A DNA stretch of 64,000 nt, taken from an uncultured delta proteobacterium. Its GTDB lineage: Bacteria; Myxococcota; Myxococcia; Myxococcales; Myxococcaceae. Shown here piece by piece: positions 30,644 to 41,415 of the stretch. Each line of letters starts with the position of its first letter. The first letter of the stretch is position 1. Both the position numbers and the translations under genes were made by a program. The DNA lies in the NCBI GenBank assembly GCA_963796055.1, contig CAWCKH010000004.1, positions 3,594,990 through 3,658,989 on the forward strand, read 5' to 3'. The notes below the pieces were generated by a model. That model was given only the letters and a program-made list of their open reading frames with translations. It was not told the origin of the DNA and did no database searches.

Positions 30644-32320
30644 GTGCCGCCGCCCGTGACCGACGCGCCCGTGACCGCCGCCACAGAGCCAGCCAGGAGC
30701 TCGGGCCGGGGCGCCACGCTGGTGGCGTTGGGAATCCTCGCCTCGCGGCTGATGGGCCTGGTCCGGCAGCGGGTCTTCGCCCACTACCTGAGCACCTCGG
30801 CCCTGGCCGGAGCGTTCACCGCTGCGCTCCGCATCCCCAACGTCCTGCAGAACCTGTTCGGGGAGGGCGTCCTCTCGGCCTCGTTCATCCCCGTCTACGC
30901 GCGGCTGCTGGGCGAGGGGCGCCGGGAGGAGGCGGACCGGGTGGCCGGGGCGGTCTTCGGCCTGCTCTCGCTCCTGGTCGCGGTGCTGGTCGCCCTGGGC
31001 ATCTTCGCCGCACCGTGGATCGTCGGGGTGGTGGTCGGTGGCTTCGCCGAGACCGGCCCGGCTGCCTTCGCCAAGGCCGTCCAGCTCACCCGCATCCTCT
31101 TCCCCAGCACGGGCCTGCTGGTGCTCTCGGCCTGGTGCCTGGGGGTGCTCAACAGCCACCGGAAGTTCCTCCTCTCCTACGCCGCCCCGGTGGTGTGGAA
31201 CCTGGCGCAGATCGCCGTCCTGCTGGTGGCCGGCCCGCGCGTGGACGAGGACCGGCTGACGACCCTCCTCGCCTGGGGCGTGGTGGCGGGCAGCGCCCTC
31301 CAGCTGCTGGTGCAGCTGCCCGCGCTCTGGCCGCTGCTGGGCCGGTTCCGGCCGTCGCTGGACACCACCACCGCGGCGATGCGGGCCGTCCTCCGGGGGT
31401 TCGTCCCCATCCTGGTGGCCCGGGGCGTGGTCCAGGTGAGCGCGCTGGTCGACACCTACTACGCCTCGCTCATCTCTCCCCAGACGGTGGCGGTGCTCGG
31501 GTACACCCAGCTCCTGGCGCTGCTCCCGGTGTCGCTCTTCGGGATGTCGGTCTCGGCCGCGGAGCTGCCCGAGCTCGCCCGGGAGACCGCGCTCGGGCCC
31601 GAGGCCGCCGAGCGGCTCCGGAGGCGCATCGACCGGGGCCTGGAGCGCATCGCCTTCTTCGTGGTTCCCTCCGCGGTGGCCTTCCTGCTCCTCGGCGACG
31701 TCCTGGGGGGGCTGCTGTTCCAGACCGGCCGGTTCGACGCCGCCGATACCCGCTGGCTCTGGTATCTCCTGATGGGGTCGGCGGTGGGACTGGTGGCGGG
31801 GACGCTGGGCCGGCTGTACGCCTCGGCGTTCTACGCGCTCCAGGACACGCGCACGCCGCTGGTGTTCGCGACCCTCCGGGTCGTTCTCTCCGCGGCGCTG
31901 GCCTACGTCTCGGTGCGCTACGGCCCCGGATGGTTCGGGGTGCCGGTGGAGATCGGCGCGGTGGGCATCACCGCGACCACCGGGTTCGCCGCCTGGCTCG
32001 AGTACACCCTGCTGCGGCGAGCGCTCTCCCGGCGCATCGGCAGGACCGGCATCCCCGCGCGGCGTCAGGCGTGGTTCTGGGGGAGCGCGCTGGCGGCCGG
32101 GACCTTGGCCCTGCTGGGGAAGGTGTGGCTCACCAGCCGGTTCGGCCCGGCCCCCTCGATCGAGCGCTTCTGGGGCTGGCAGGTGCTGCCCGCGCCGGCG
32201 TTGAGCCCGGTCCTGGTGGCCGCCCTGCTCGTCCCGGTGTTCGCCGGGGTGTACCTCGGTCTCACCGCGCTCGGGGGAGCATCCCAGCTCCGCAGCGTCC
32301 TCTCCCGGCTCCGTACCTGA
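30644..32320 (+). CDS. murJ: Lipid II flippase MurJ (start approximate)
   Basis: SRLMGLVR, RIPNVLQNLFGEGVLSASFIP, FYALQDTRTP. Confidence 0.93.
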   Translation: MPPPVTDAPVTAATEPARSSGRGATLVALGILASRLMGLVRQRVFAHYLSTSALAGAFTAALRIPNVLQNLFGEGVLSASFIPVYARLLGEGRREEADRVAGAVFGLLSLLVAVLVALGIFAAPWIVGVVVGGFAETGPAAFAKAVQLTRILFPSTGLLVLSAWCLGVLNSHRKFLLSYAAPVVWNLAQIAVLLVAGPRVDEDRLTTLLAWGVVAGSALQLLVQLPALWPLLGRFRPSLDTTTAAMRAVLRGFVPILVARGVVQVSALVDTYYASLISPQTVAVLGYTQLLALLPVSLFGMSVSAAELPELARETALGPEAAERLRRRIDRGLERIAFFVVPSAVAFLLLGDVLGGLLFQTGRFDAADTRWLWYLLMGSAVGLVAGTLGRLYASAFYALQDTRTPLVFATLRVVLSAALAYVSVRYGPGWFGVPVEIGAVGITATTGFAAWLEYTLLRRALSRRIGRTGIPARRQAWFWGSALAAGTLALLGKVWLTSRFGPAPSIERFWGWQVLPAPALSPVLVAALLVPVFAGVYLGLTALGGASQLRSVLSRLRT

Positions 32321-32468
32321 CGGAGCGGTCCGCTCCCAGTGCAATCCGAGGGCATCCCCCTTTGCCCCCGGGGAGCGGATGTGCAATGACCCGCGGCCCT
32401 CACGGGGGGCGCCGGCACTGGCGCGCTCCCGGTGTCATCAGTAGACCGTTGCAGCGAGGAGCATCGAG

Positions 32469-34388
32469 GTGAGTGACGATCAGAAGGGCCCGGACAAGGG
32501 TGGCTTCGGGCCCAAGAAGCCCCGGGCGACCTTCGGGGACGTGATGCTGGGCATCCCCGCGGGCCGGGGCGGAGAGCAGACGGAGCGTCCCCGGGGCGAG
32601 CGCCGCCGCGACGCGCCTGCGTCCGCTGCCGCCGGCACGGAACCCGCTGCCGAGCCCCCACGTCGCGAGCCCAAGAAGCCCGAGCGCCGCAAGCCGCAGG
32701 GTCCGCTGGTGGTGGTGCGCCGGGCGAGTGGGGCGATCGAGACCCGCGGCCCCGAGACCCCGAGGGCCGAGGAGCCGGCGGCCGCCGCCGTCGAGGCGAG
32801 CACCCCGCCGACCGCCGAGCCTGCCGCCCCGGCCACGCCCGCGCCGCCACGGAGCGCGCTGTACGAGGAGGTCCCCGAGGACCAGTCCTTCGCCGAGATG
32901 TACGAGGCCCACGCCAAGCAGGAGGGCGGGACCCACCGGCGCTTGCCTCGGGTCGGCGAGCGGGTGACCGGGACCATCTTCCAGCTCGGCGCGGACACGG
33001 CCTTCCTGACCCTCGGCGGCCGCACCGAGGCGATGATCGACCTCCGGGAGCTCAAGGACGACGAGGGCATCCTCCGCTTCGGCGTCGGGGACACGGTCGA
33101 GGCGCACGTGGTGGAGGCGGGCGCCAAGGGCGTCATCCTCAGCCGCACCCTGAGCAAGGGCTCGGCGTCTCTGGCGATGCTCGCCGAGGCGCGGGCGAGC
33201 GGGATGCCGGTGGAGGGGCTGGTGCTGGCGGTGAACAAGGGCGGGTTCGAGGTTGCGGTGGGCGACGCGCGGGCGTTCGTGCCACTCAGCCAGATGGACC
33301 TGCGCTTCGTGGACAAGCCGGACCAGTACATCGGCGAGCGGCTGCGCTTCCGCGTGACCGAGGTCCGCGAGCGGAACGTGGTTCTGAGCCGCCGGGCGCT
33401 GCTCGAGGACGAGCAGAAGGTGCTGGCCGCCGAGACCCGGAAGTCCCTCGCCGAGGGCAAGGTGCTCCAGGGCAAGGTGACCGGCGTTCGCGACTTCGGG
33501 GTCTTCGTGGATCTCGGCGGCGTGGAGGGCCTGGTCCCGGTCTCCGAGCTGTCGCACGTGCGCGTCGGCCACCCCAGCGAGGTGGTGACCGTCGGGGACA
33601 CGGTCGAGGTGGAGGTGCTGCGCCTCGAGCCGCCGAACCCGCACTCGCCGGACAAGGCGAAGCACAAGGAGCGCATCACCCTGTCGATGCGCGCCCGGCA
33701 GGAAGACCCGTGGAAGGCGTTCGCCGCGGGACTCCGAGAAGGTGACCGGCTCCAGGGCAAGGTGGTGAGGCTGCAGCCCTTCGGCGCCTTCGTCGAGCTG
33801 AAGCCCGGGGTGGACGGGTTGATCCACATCTCGGCCATGTCCGAGCGGCGCATCGCGCACCCGCGGGACGTCCTGAAGGTCGGCGACCACGTCGAGGTGA
33901 CGGTGGAGAAGGTGGACCCCGCCGAGAAGCGCATCGGGCTCCGGCTGGTGGTGGACGGAGTGCCGGTGGGCAGTGGCGTCTCGACCTCCGCCCCGGCGGC
34001 GGAGCCGGCAGCGGCGAAGGAGCACGCGCCGAAGCGCGAGACCGCCCCGCGTCCGAAGGCGGGCCAGGTGGTCGAGGGCACCGTGGACCGCATCGAGTCC
34101 TACGGCGTGTTCCTGGTGTTCCCCGGTGGCCGCGGGCTGGTTCCGGCGAGCGAGACCGGAACGGAGCGGGGCACCGACCTCAAGCGTCACTTCCAGCTCG
34201 GTCAGGCCCTGAAGGCGCAGATCGTGGAGGTGGACGGCAGCGGGAAGATCCGCCTGTCGCTCACCGCGGCGGAGCGGGCTGCCGAGCGCGCCGAGATGGA
34301 GGCGTGGCAGCGCACCCAGCGTCCCAGCGGCGGGGGCAGCAAGGGCTTCGGCACGCTGGGGGATCTCCTCAAGAACCGGAAGGTCTAG
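32469..34388 (+). CDS. Multi-S1-domain RNA-binding protein (ribosomal protein S1 paralogue)
   Basis: About five S1 repeats (FGVFVDLGGVEGLVPVSELS, FGAFVELKPGVDGLIHISAMS); C-terminal GFGTLGDLL; long disordered N-terminus. Confidence 0.88.
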   Translation: MSDDQKGPDKGGFGPKKPRATFGDVMLGIPAGRGGEQTERPRGERRRDAPASAAAGTEPAAEPPRREPKKPERRKPQGPLVVVRRASGAIETRGPETPRAEEPAAAAVEASTPPTAEPAAPATPAPPRSALYEEVPEDQSFAEMYEAHAKQEGGTHRRLPRVGERVTGTIFQLGADTAFLTLGGRTEAMIDLRELKDDEGILRFGVGDTVEAHVVEAGAKGVILSRTLSKGSASLAMLAEARASGMPVEGLVLAVNKGGFEVAVGDARAFVPLSQMDLRFVDKPDQYIGERLRFRVTEVRERNVVLSRRALLEDEQKVLAAETRKSLAEGKVLQGKVTGVRDFGVFVDLGGVEGLVPVSELSHVRVGHPSEVVTVGDTVEVEVLRLEPPNPHSPDKAKHKERITLSMRARQEDPWKAFAAGLREGDRLQGKVVRLQPFGAFVELKPGVDGLIHISAMSERRIAHPRDVLKVGDHVEVTVEKVDPAEKRIGLRLVVDGVPVGSGVSTSAPAAEPAAAKEHAPKRETAPRPKAGQVVEGTVDRIESYGVFLVFPGGRGLVPASETGTERGTDLKRHFQLGQALKAQIVEVDGSGKIRLSLTAAERAAERAEMEAWQRTQRPSGGGSKGFGTLGDLLKNRKV

Positions 34389-35155
34389 TGGCGGAGGCGA
34401 CTGGCACGCCGGTGGTGGTGGTGACCGGGGCGAGCTCGGGCATCGGAGCCGCGCTGGCGCGGGAGCTGGCGGGCCGGCACGCCTCGCTGGTCCTCACCGC
34501 GCGTCGCGAGGAGCTGCTCCGGGAGATGGCCGCGACGCTGGGCACACCGGTGGAGGTCGTCCCCGGGGACGTGACTCGGCGCGTGGACGTGGAGCGAGTC
34601 CTGGCTCAGGCCGTCGCCCGCTTCGGCCAGGTGGACGTCTGGGTGAACAATGCCGGTCGCGGCATCACCCGCCCCTCGGTCGAGGCCATCACCGATCAGG
34701 ACCTGGAGGCGATGGTGCGGGACAACACCCGCTCGGCTCTCCACGGGATGCAGGTGGTGCTGCCGCACTTCAAGGCCCGGAAGCAGGGCGTACTGGTGAA
34801 CGTCTCCTCGATGCTGTCGCGAGTCCCGTTCGCGACGGTCCGGGCGGCGTACAGCGCCTCGAAGGCGGCGCTGAACTCGCTCACCGAGTCGCTCCGGTTC
34901 GAGCTGGCAAACGACTTCCCCAGCATCCGGGTGGTGCTGGTGCTCCCGGGCGTGGTGGCGACGGACTTCGGGAACAACGCGCTCGGCGGTGGGCCGGACT
35001 CGCGCACCTTGCCCGGCGCGCAGTCCGTGGACGAGGTGGCGCGGATCATCGCCGACGGGCTCTTCGCCGGGCCCCTGGACCTCTACACCCGGCCCGAGGG
35101 GCCGGAGATGGTGCTCGCGCATCTGCGCGGGCTCGCAGGCGGGCGCGCTCGCTAG
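34388..35155 (+). CDS. Short-chain dehydrogenase/reductase
   Basis: TGASSGIG, NNAG, YSASK; GTG overlapping the upstream TAG. Confidence 0.92.
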   Translation: MAEATGTPVVVVTGASSGIGAALARELAGRHASLVLTARREELLREMAATLGTPVEVVPGDVTRRVDVERVLAQAVARFGQVDVWVNNAGRGITRPSVEAITDQDLEAMVRDNTRSALHGMQVVLPHFKARKQGVLVNVSSMLSRVPFATVRAAYSASKAALNSLTESLRFELANDFPSIRVVLVLPGVVATDFGNNALGGGPDSRTLPGAQSVDEVARIIADGLFAGPLDLYTRPEGPEMVLAHLRGLAGGRAR

Positions 35156-35345
35156 GCCGGCGCAGGATTCTGCGTTCCCCCTCGTCCGTCGATGACGCTC
35201 TGCGGCGAGCGCTTCGGTCGGGCTCTCGCCACCCCGAGGCATGGAACCACCGAGCGCCGGCCCCTAGGATGCGCCCCCTGGTCGCGGGCCTCGGGTGATG
35301 GTCGCATCCCTCCTCGCGACCGGCAGGGACCAGGGAGGCCATGAG

Positions 35346-37292
35346 ATGCCGGCGCCGGACACCTTTCCGCGGCTGCTCCTCGAGCACGCACGTGAGCGCG
35401 GCGACCGCCCGGCGATCCGCGAGAAGGACCTCGGCATCTGGCAGACGTACTCCTGGAAACAGGCTCTGGAGCAGGTCCGGAGCCTTGCCTGCGGGCTCCA
35501 CACCCTCGGGCTTGGCCGCGGTGAGACGGTGGCCATCGTCGGGGACAACCGCCCCCGGCTTTACTGGGCGATGGACGCGGCGCAGGCGCTGGGGGCGATC
35601 CCGGTTCCGCTCTACCAGGATGCGGTCGCCGAGGAGATGGCCTACGTCCTCACCAACGCCGACGTTCGCATCGCCATCGTCGAGGACCAGGAGCAGGTGG
35701 ACAAGCTCCTGGAGGTGAAGGCCCGCTGCCCTCGGCTGGCGCTCATCATCTACGACGACCCGCGCGGTCTCCGGCACTACGACCGGTCGGTGCTCCGGGC
35801 GTACGAGGACGTCCAGGCCGCCGGCCGCGACCTGGAACGACTCGATCCGGACTTCTTCGACAGCGAGGTGGCGCGCGCGCAGCCGAGCGACGTGGCGATC
35901 ATGCTCTACACCTCGGGCACCACCGGGACCCCCAAGGGGGTGATGCTCACCCACGACAACCTGATCGTCACCGGCCGCGGCGGCATCCAGCGGGAACGGC
36001 TCACCGCGGACGAGGAGGTGCTGGCCTACCTGCCGATGGCCTGGGTGGGAGACAACCTCTTCAGCTACTGCCAGGGCCACGTCGCCGGGTTCTGTGTGAG
36101 CTGCCCGGAGAGCCCGGACACCGTGCTCACCGACATGCGGGAGATCGGGCCGACGTACTTCTTCGCTCCGCCGCGCGTGCTGGAGAACCTCCTCACCACC
36201 GTGTCGATCCGGATGGAGGACGCCTCGCGGTTCAAGCGCTGGCTCTACCGCCGCTGCATGGAGGTTGCCCGCCGCTGGGGTCCGTCCATCCTCGACGGGA
36301 AACCGGTCCCGGCCGGAGCTCGACTGGGGTACGCGCTGGCCGATCTGCTGATCCTCGGTCCCTTGCGCAACGTGCTCGGGTTCAGCCGCATCCGGGTGGC
36401 CTACACCGCGGGCGAGGCGATCGGCCCCGATCTCTTCCGGTTCTACCGCTCGCTGGGCGTGAATCTGAAGCAGCTCTACGGGAGCACCGAGACCTCGGTC
36501 TTCGTCTGCATCCAGCCCAACGGTCAGGTGAAGCTGGAGTCGGTCGGCACGCCGGCCACCGGCGTCGAGGTCCGCATCTCCGAGCAGGGCGAGGTCCAGG
36601 TCCGCAGCCCCGGGGTGTTCCGCGGCTACTTCAGGGCCGACGCCGCCACCGGCGAGTCCATGACCGCCGACGGCTACTTCCGGACCGGCGACGCGGGCTT
36701 CTTCGACGAGGACGGCCACCTGCGCATCATCGACCGGGCGAAGGACGTGGGTCGGCTCCAGGACGGGACGCTCTTCGCCCCGAAGTATCTGGAGAACAAG
36801 CTGAAGTTCTTTCCCTTCATCAAGGAGGCGGTGGCCTTCGGAGATCGCCGTCAGTTCGCCGCTGCCTTCGTGTGCATCGATCTCGCGGCGGTGGGGAACT
36901 GGGCCGAGCGGCGGAACATGCCCTACACCGGCTACACCGACCTCGCCGGGCAGCGGCCGGTCCACGATCTGGTGCGCAGTTGCGTGGAGCGGGTGAACGC
37001 GGACCTGGCCGCCGATCCCCGGCTGCGGGGCTCGCAGATCCACCGCTTCCTGGTGCTGCACAAGGAGCTGGACGCCGACGACGGGGAGCTGACCCGCACC
37101 CGGAAGGTCCGCCGAGGCTTCATCGCCGAGAAGTACGCCGCGCTGGTGGAGGCGCTCTACTCGGGTGAGCCCTCCGTCCACGTGGAGACGCAGGTCCGCT
37201 TCGAGGACGGGCGGACCGGGCTGGTTCGCGCCGAGCTTCCGATCCTCGAGGCGCTCACCGTGGATCTGGAAGACGCGCGGAGGGCGGCCTGA
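35346..37292 (+). CDS. Long-chain fatty acid-CoA ligase (AMP-binding)
   Basis: YTSGTTGTPKG, YGSTE, FRTGDAG, ELTRTRKVRR. Confidence 0.92.
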   Translation: MPAPDTFPRLLLEHARERGDRPAIREKDLGIWQTYSWKQALEQVRSLACGLHTLGLGRGETVAIVGDNRPRLYWAMDAAQALGAIPVPLYQDAVAEEMAYVLTNADVRIAIVEDQEQVDKLLEVKARCPRLALIIYDDPRGLRHYDRSVLRAYEDVQAAGRDLERLDPDFFDSEVARAQPSDVAIMLYTSGTTGTPKGVMLTHDNLIVTGRGGIQRERLTADEEVLAYLPMAWVGDNLFSYCQGHVAGFCVSCPESPDTVLTDMREIGPTYFFAPPRVLENLLTTVSIRMEDASRFKRWLYRRCMEVARRWGPSILDGKPVPAGARLGYALADLLILGPLRNVLGFSRIRVAYTAGEAIGPDLFRFYRSLGVNLKQLYGSTETSVFVCIQPNGQVKLESVGTPATGVEVRISEQGEVQVRSPGVFRGYFRADAATGESMTADGYFRTGDAGFFDEDGHLRIIDRAKDVGRLQDGTLFAPKYLENKLKFFPFIKEAVAFGDRRQFAAAFVCIDLAAVGNWAERRNMPYTGYTDLAGQRPVHDLVRSCVERVNADLAADPRLRGSQIHRFLVLHKELDADDGELTRTRKVRRGFIAEKYAALVEALYSGEPSVHVETQVRFEDGRTGLVRAELPILEALTVDLEDARRAA

Positions 37293-38110
37293 TGCCGGGG
37301 AAGGTGCCAGGCCCGGTGCTGCTCGAGGTCCGCGGGGTCTCGCTGAGCTTCGGCGGGGTTCACGCGCTTCGCGACGTGGACTTCCATATCCACGAGCGGG
37401 AGGTCTGCGCGATCATCGGTCCCAACGGGGCGGGGAAGTCGTCCTTGCTCAACGTGATCAACGGGGTCTACTCCCCGGACCGGGGGACCATCACCTACGG
37501 CGGTGAGACCCGGCGGACCATGCGCCCGCACCGCGCCGCCGAGCAGGGGATCGCCCGGACCTTCCAGAACATCGCCCTGTTCAAGGGGATGTCGGTCCTG
37601 GAGAACGTGATGGCCGGCCGGACGTTGAAGATGAGCCGCGGGCTGCTGTGGCAGGCGCTCTACTGGGGTCCGGCGGAGCGCGAGGAGCTGGAGCACCGGG
37701 CGAAGGTCGAGCAGATCATCGACTTCCTGCAGATCGAGCACGTGCGAAAGACGCCAGTGGGCCGGCTCCCCTACGGGCTGCAGAAGCGGGTGGAGCTGGC
37801 CCGGGCCCTGGCCGCGGAGCCCAAGCTGCTGCTCCTCGACGAGCCGATGGCGGGAATGAACATCGAGGAGAAGCAGGACATGTGCCGCTTCATCCTCGAC
37901 GCCAACGACGAGCTGGGCGTGGCGGTGGCGCTGATCGAGCACGACATGGCGGTGGTGATGGACATCGCCGACCGGGTGGTGGTCCTCGACTACGGGCGGA
38001 AGATCGCCGACGGACCGCCGGCGGAGGTGCGGGCGAGCCCGGAGGTGATTGCCGCCTACCTGGGCGTCCCCACCGAGGCCGACGAGCGCGCGCTGAAGGA
38101 GGCGAGCTGA
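37292..38110 (+). CDS. ABC transporter ATP-binding protein (LivG-like)
   Basis: GPNGAGKS, LPYGLQKR, LLLDEP. Confidence 0.93.
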   Translation: MPGKVPGPVLLEVRGVSLSFGGVHALRDVDFHIHEREVCAIIGPNGAGKSSLLNVINGVYSPDRGTITYGGETRRTMRPHRAAEQGIARTFQNIALFKGMSVLENVMAGRTLKMSRGLLWQALYWGPAEREELEHRAKVEQIIDFLQIEHVRKTPVGRLPYGLQKRVELARALAAEPKLLLLDEPMAGMNIEEKQDMCRFILDANDELGVAVALIEHDMAVVMDIADRVVVLDYGRKIADGPPAEVRASPEVIAAYLGVPTEADERALKEAS

Positions 38111-38991
38111 TGGCCTTCTTCGTCGAGGTGCTGGTCGCCGGCCTCCTCGCCGGGGTGATGTACTCGCTCGTCGCGCTGGGCTTCGTCCTCATCTTCAAGG
38201 CCAGCGGGGTGTTCAACTTCGCGCAGGGAGCGATGGTGCTGGCCGCCGCCACCACCTACGCCGGTCTGGTGGACATGGGCTGGAGCGGGTGGACGGCGTT
38301 CCTGGCCTCCCTGGCGGTGATGGTGGTCTTCGCCCTGCTGACCGAGCGGCTCGTGCTCCGGCCGCTGGTGAACCAGCCGCAGATCAGCCTCTTCATGGCC
38401 ACCATCGGCCTCACGTTCGTGCTGGAAGGCGTCTCGCAGGCGGTGTGGGGGAGCGTGGTGCGCGGGCTGGACCTGGGCATCCCCGACACCCCGCTGGAGG
38501 TGAAGGGGGTCCTGATCTCCAAGTTCGACCTGGTGGCCTCGGCGACGGCGGGAGCGCTGGTGCTGCTCCTGGCCTTCTTCTTCCAGTGGACCCGGGTCGG
38601 CCGGGCGCTGCGGGCGGTGGCCGACGACCACCAGGCGGCGCTCAGCGTAGGGATCCCACTGGAGCGAATCTGGGCCCTGGTCTGGGCGGCGGCGGGCGCG
38701 GTGGCCCTGGTGACCGGGCTCCTCTGGGGCAGCAGGCTCGGGGTCCAGTTCGCGCTGACCCAGGTCGCACTCAAGGCATTGCCGGTCATCATCCTCGGCG
38801 GGTTCACCTCGATCGCGGGGGCGATCGTGGGGGGCCTGATCGTGGGAGCCTCGGAGAAGGTGGCCGAGGTGTACCTGGGGTCGCTGATCGGCGGTGGAAT
38901 CGAGAACTGGTTCCCCTACGTGCTGGCGCTGCTCTTCCTCCTGGTGCGGCCGGACGGGCTGTTCGGCGAGAAGCGGATCGAGCGGGTGTGA
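38110..38991 (+). CDS. ABC transporter permease (LivH-like)
   Basis: KASGVFNFAQG, LGGFTSI; ATG overlapping the upstream TGA. Confidence 0.92.
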   Translation: MAFFVEVLVAGLLAGVMYSLVALGFVLIFKASGVFNFAQGAMVLAAATTYAGLVDMGWSGWTAFLASLAVMVVFALLTERLVLRPLVNQPQISLFMATIGLTFVLEGVSQAVWGSVVRGLDLGIPDTPLEVKGVLISKFDLVASATAGALVLLLAFFFQWTRVGRALRAVADDHQAALSVGIPLERIWALVWAAAGAVALVTGLLWGSRLGVQFALTQVALKALPVIILGGFTSIAGAIVGGLIVGASEKVAEVYLGSLIGGGIENWFPYVLALLFLLVRPDGLFGEKRIERV

Positions 38992-38992
38992 C

Positions 38993-40060
38993 GTGATCTA
39001 CCGGGAAGCGGGACAGTTCCGGACGACGTACGCCGCCGACCAGCGGATCTTCCCCATCTCCCAGGATCGGGTGGGGATGGTCCTGCTCCTCGGCGCAGCC
39101 TTCGTGCTGGTGCCGCTGCTCGCCTCGGAGTACGCGCTCACCGCGCTGCTGATCCCGATGCTGGTGCTGGCCGTGGCCGCGCTGGGGCTGAACATCCTCA
39201 CCGGCTACGCCGGGCAGTTCAGCCTCGGGACGGCTGCCTTCATGTCGGTGGGGGCGTTTGCCGCCTACAACTTGCAACTGCGGTTGCCCTGGCTGCCCTT
39301 GCTGGTGATCTTCGTCCTCGCCGGGCTGATCGCCGCGGCGGTTGGCATGGTCTTCGGGCTGCCCTCGCTGCGGATCAAGGGCTTCTACCTGGCGGTGGCG
39401 ACGCTGGCCGCCCAGTTCTTCGTGGACTGGCTCTTCACCAAGGTGGGCTGGTTCAGCAACTACTCCAGCTCCGGGGTGATCACCGCGCAGCCGATGGTCA
39501 TCGCCGGGGTGCCGATCGAGACCCCGGTGCGGCGCTACCTCCTGGTGCTCTCCATCGTCAGTCTGCTGGCGCTGGTGGCGAAGAACTTCTCCCGGACCCG
39601 GACCGGCCGCTCGTGGATGGCGGTGCGGGACATGGACGTCGCCGCGGAGGTCATCGGCATCCCCATCCTCCGCACCAAGCTGCTGGCCTTCGGGGTGAGC
39701 TCATTCTACTGCGGGGTGTCCGGCGCGCTCTGGGCCTTCGCCTATCTGGGCACGGTGGAGCCGCAGGCATTCGACCTGCAGCGGTCGTTCCAGATTCTCT
39801 TCATGGTTATCATCGGGGGGCTGGGGACGGTGATGGGGGCGTTCCTCGGCGCGGCGTTCATCGTCCTGTTCCCCTTGTTCCTGAACTGGGTGTTTCACGC
39901 GGTGGTGCGTGGCGAGGTGCGAGCTGGGCTGCTCAGCCAGCTGGAGCTGGTGTGTTTCGGAGCGCTGATCATCGTCTTTCTGATCGTCGAGCCGCGCGGA
40001 TTCGCCCGGCTCTGGCAGATCGGCAAGGAGAAGCTCCGGTTGTGGCCGTTTCCTCATTGA
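38993..40060 (+). CDS. ABC transporter permease (LivM-like)
   Basis: LNILTGYAGQ, PSLRIKGFYLA, AVRDMDVAA. Confidence 0.92.
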   Translation: MIYREAGQFRTTYAADQRIFPISQDRVGMVLLLGAAFVLVPLLASEYALTALLIPMLVLAVAALGLNILTGYAGQFSLGTAAFMSVGAFAAYNLQLRLPWLPLLVIFVLAGLIAAAVGMVFGLPSLRIKGFYLAVATLAAQFFVDWLFTKVGWFSNYSSSGVITAQPMVIAGVPIETPVRRYLLVLSIVSLLALVAKNFSRTRTGRSWMAVRDMDVAAEVIGIPILRTKLLAFGVSSFYCGVSGALWAFAYLGTVEPQAFDLQRSFQILFMVIIGGLGTVMGAFLGAAFIVLFPLFLNWVFHAVVRGEVRAGLLSQLELVCFGALIIVFLIVEPRGFARLWQIGKEKLRLWPFPH

Positions 40061-40074
40061 ACCTGGAGGCAGAT

Positions 40075-41406
40075 ATGCGGACGAAGAGACGAGGATGGTG
40101 GCTGGGGGCGGTAGCGGCCCTCGGAGTGGTGTGGGCGGGTCCGGCGCGTGCCGACGGCGAGCAGTTCATGCCCGTGCCGAGCTACCGGGTGGGGCCCTAC
40201 GCCGCGGGCGGCACGAGCCTGTACGGCGGGTTCATCGACTACATGAACCTGATCAACATGCGCGACGGGGGGATCAACGGGGTCAAGCTGACCTGGGAGG
40301 AGTGCGAGACCGAGTACAAACCCGACCGCGGCGTGGAGTGCTACGAGCGACTGAAGGCCAAGGGCCCCACCGGCGCGTCGATGTTCCACTTCTACAGCAC
40401 CGGAATCACTTACGCGCTGATCGCCAAGGCCACCCAGGACAAGATTCCCCTGGTCACCATTGCCCACGGCCGGACCGATGCTGCGGACGGCCGGTACTTC
40501 CCCTACGTGTTCCCGATGATCACCCACTACTGGAGCGCGAACACGGACATCATCCGGTACATCGGCCAGCGCGAGGGGGGAATGGCGAAGCTGAAGGGAA
40601 AGAAGATCGTTCACCTCCACCACGGGAGCGCCTACGGGAAGGAGCCCAACGTCATCTTCCAGAAGCAGGCGGAGAAGTATGGCTTCGAGGCGAAGATCAT
40701 CGAGGTGCCGGCTCCAGGGAGCGAGCAGCAGGCGCAGTGGCTGGAGATCCGGCAGTTCAAGCCGGACTGGGTGATCGTCACCGGGTGGGGAGTGATGAAC
40801 CCGGCGATGCTGAAGAACGCGGCTCGGGTCGGATTCCCCATGGACCACATCATCGGGAACTTCTGGACCGGCTCGGAGGAGGACGTGGAGCCGGTGGGAA
40901 CGGCGGCCAAGGGCTACATCAGCGCGGCGATCAACCCGCCGGGCAAGGAGTTCAAGGTCATCCAGGAGATCGAGCGGGTGGTCTACGCCGCGGGGAAGGG
41001 CAACATGGTCGACAAGCACCGCGTGGGGAGCATCTATTACAACCGTGGGGTGCTCACCGGCATCGTCTCGGTGGAGGCGATCCGGGTGGCGCAGGGCAAG
41101 TTCGGCAAGAAGCCGCTAACCGGTGAGCAGATCCGCTGGGGGCTGGAGAACTTGAACCTCGACGCCGCGCGCATCGCCGCCCTGGGAGCGACCAACTTCA
41201 TCCAGCCGCTGAAGATGTCCTGCGCCGATCACGAAGGCGGCGGCGCGGTGAAATTCCAGCAGTGGGACGGGACGAAGTGGAAGATCATCAGCGACTGGAT
41301 CCAGGCGGACAAGGCGCTGGTGCGGCCGCTGATCGAGGAGAGCGCGTCGAAGTACGCCAAGGAGAACAACATCAAGGAGCGCGACTGCGCGAAGGAAAGC
41401 ACCTAG
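40075..41406 (+). CDS. ABC transporter substrate-binding protein
   Basis: Signal peptide; RDGGINGVK, CETEY...GVECYERLK, SCADHEG; RBS GGAGG. Confidence 0.92.
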   Translation: MRTKRRGWWLGAVAALGVVWAGPARADGEQFMPVPSYRVGPYAAGGTSLYGGFIDYMNLINMRDGGINGVKLTWEECETEYKPDRGVECYERLKAKGPTGASMFHFYSTGITYALIAKATQDKIPLVTIAHGRTDAADGRYFPYVFPMITHYWSANTDIIRYIGQREGGMAKLKGKKIVHLHHGSAYGKEPNVIFQKQAEKYGFEAKIIEVPAPGSEQQAQWLEIRQFKPDWVIVTGWGVMNPAMLKNAARVGFPMDHIIGNFWTGSEEDVEPVGTAAKGYISAAINPPGKEFKVIQEIERVVYAAGKGNMVDKHRVGSIYYNRGVLTGIVSVEAIRVAQGKFGKKPLTGEQIRWGLENLNLDAARIAALGATNFIQPLKMSCADHEGGGAVKFQQWDGTKWKIISDWIQADKALVRPLIEESASKYAKENNIKERDCAKEST

Positions 41407-41415
41407 GCAGGGCGC

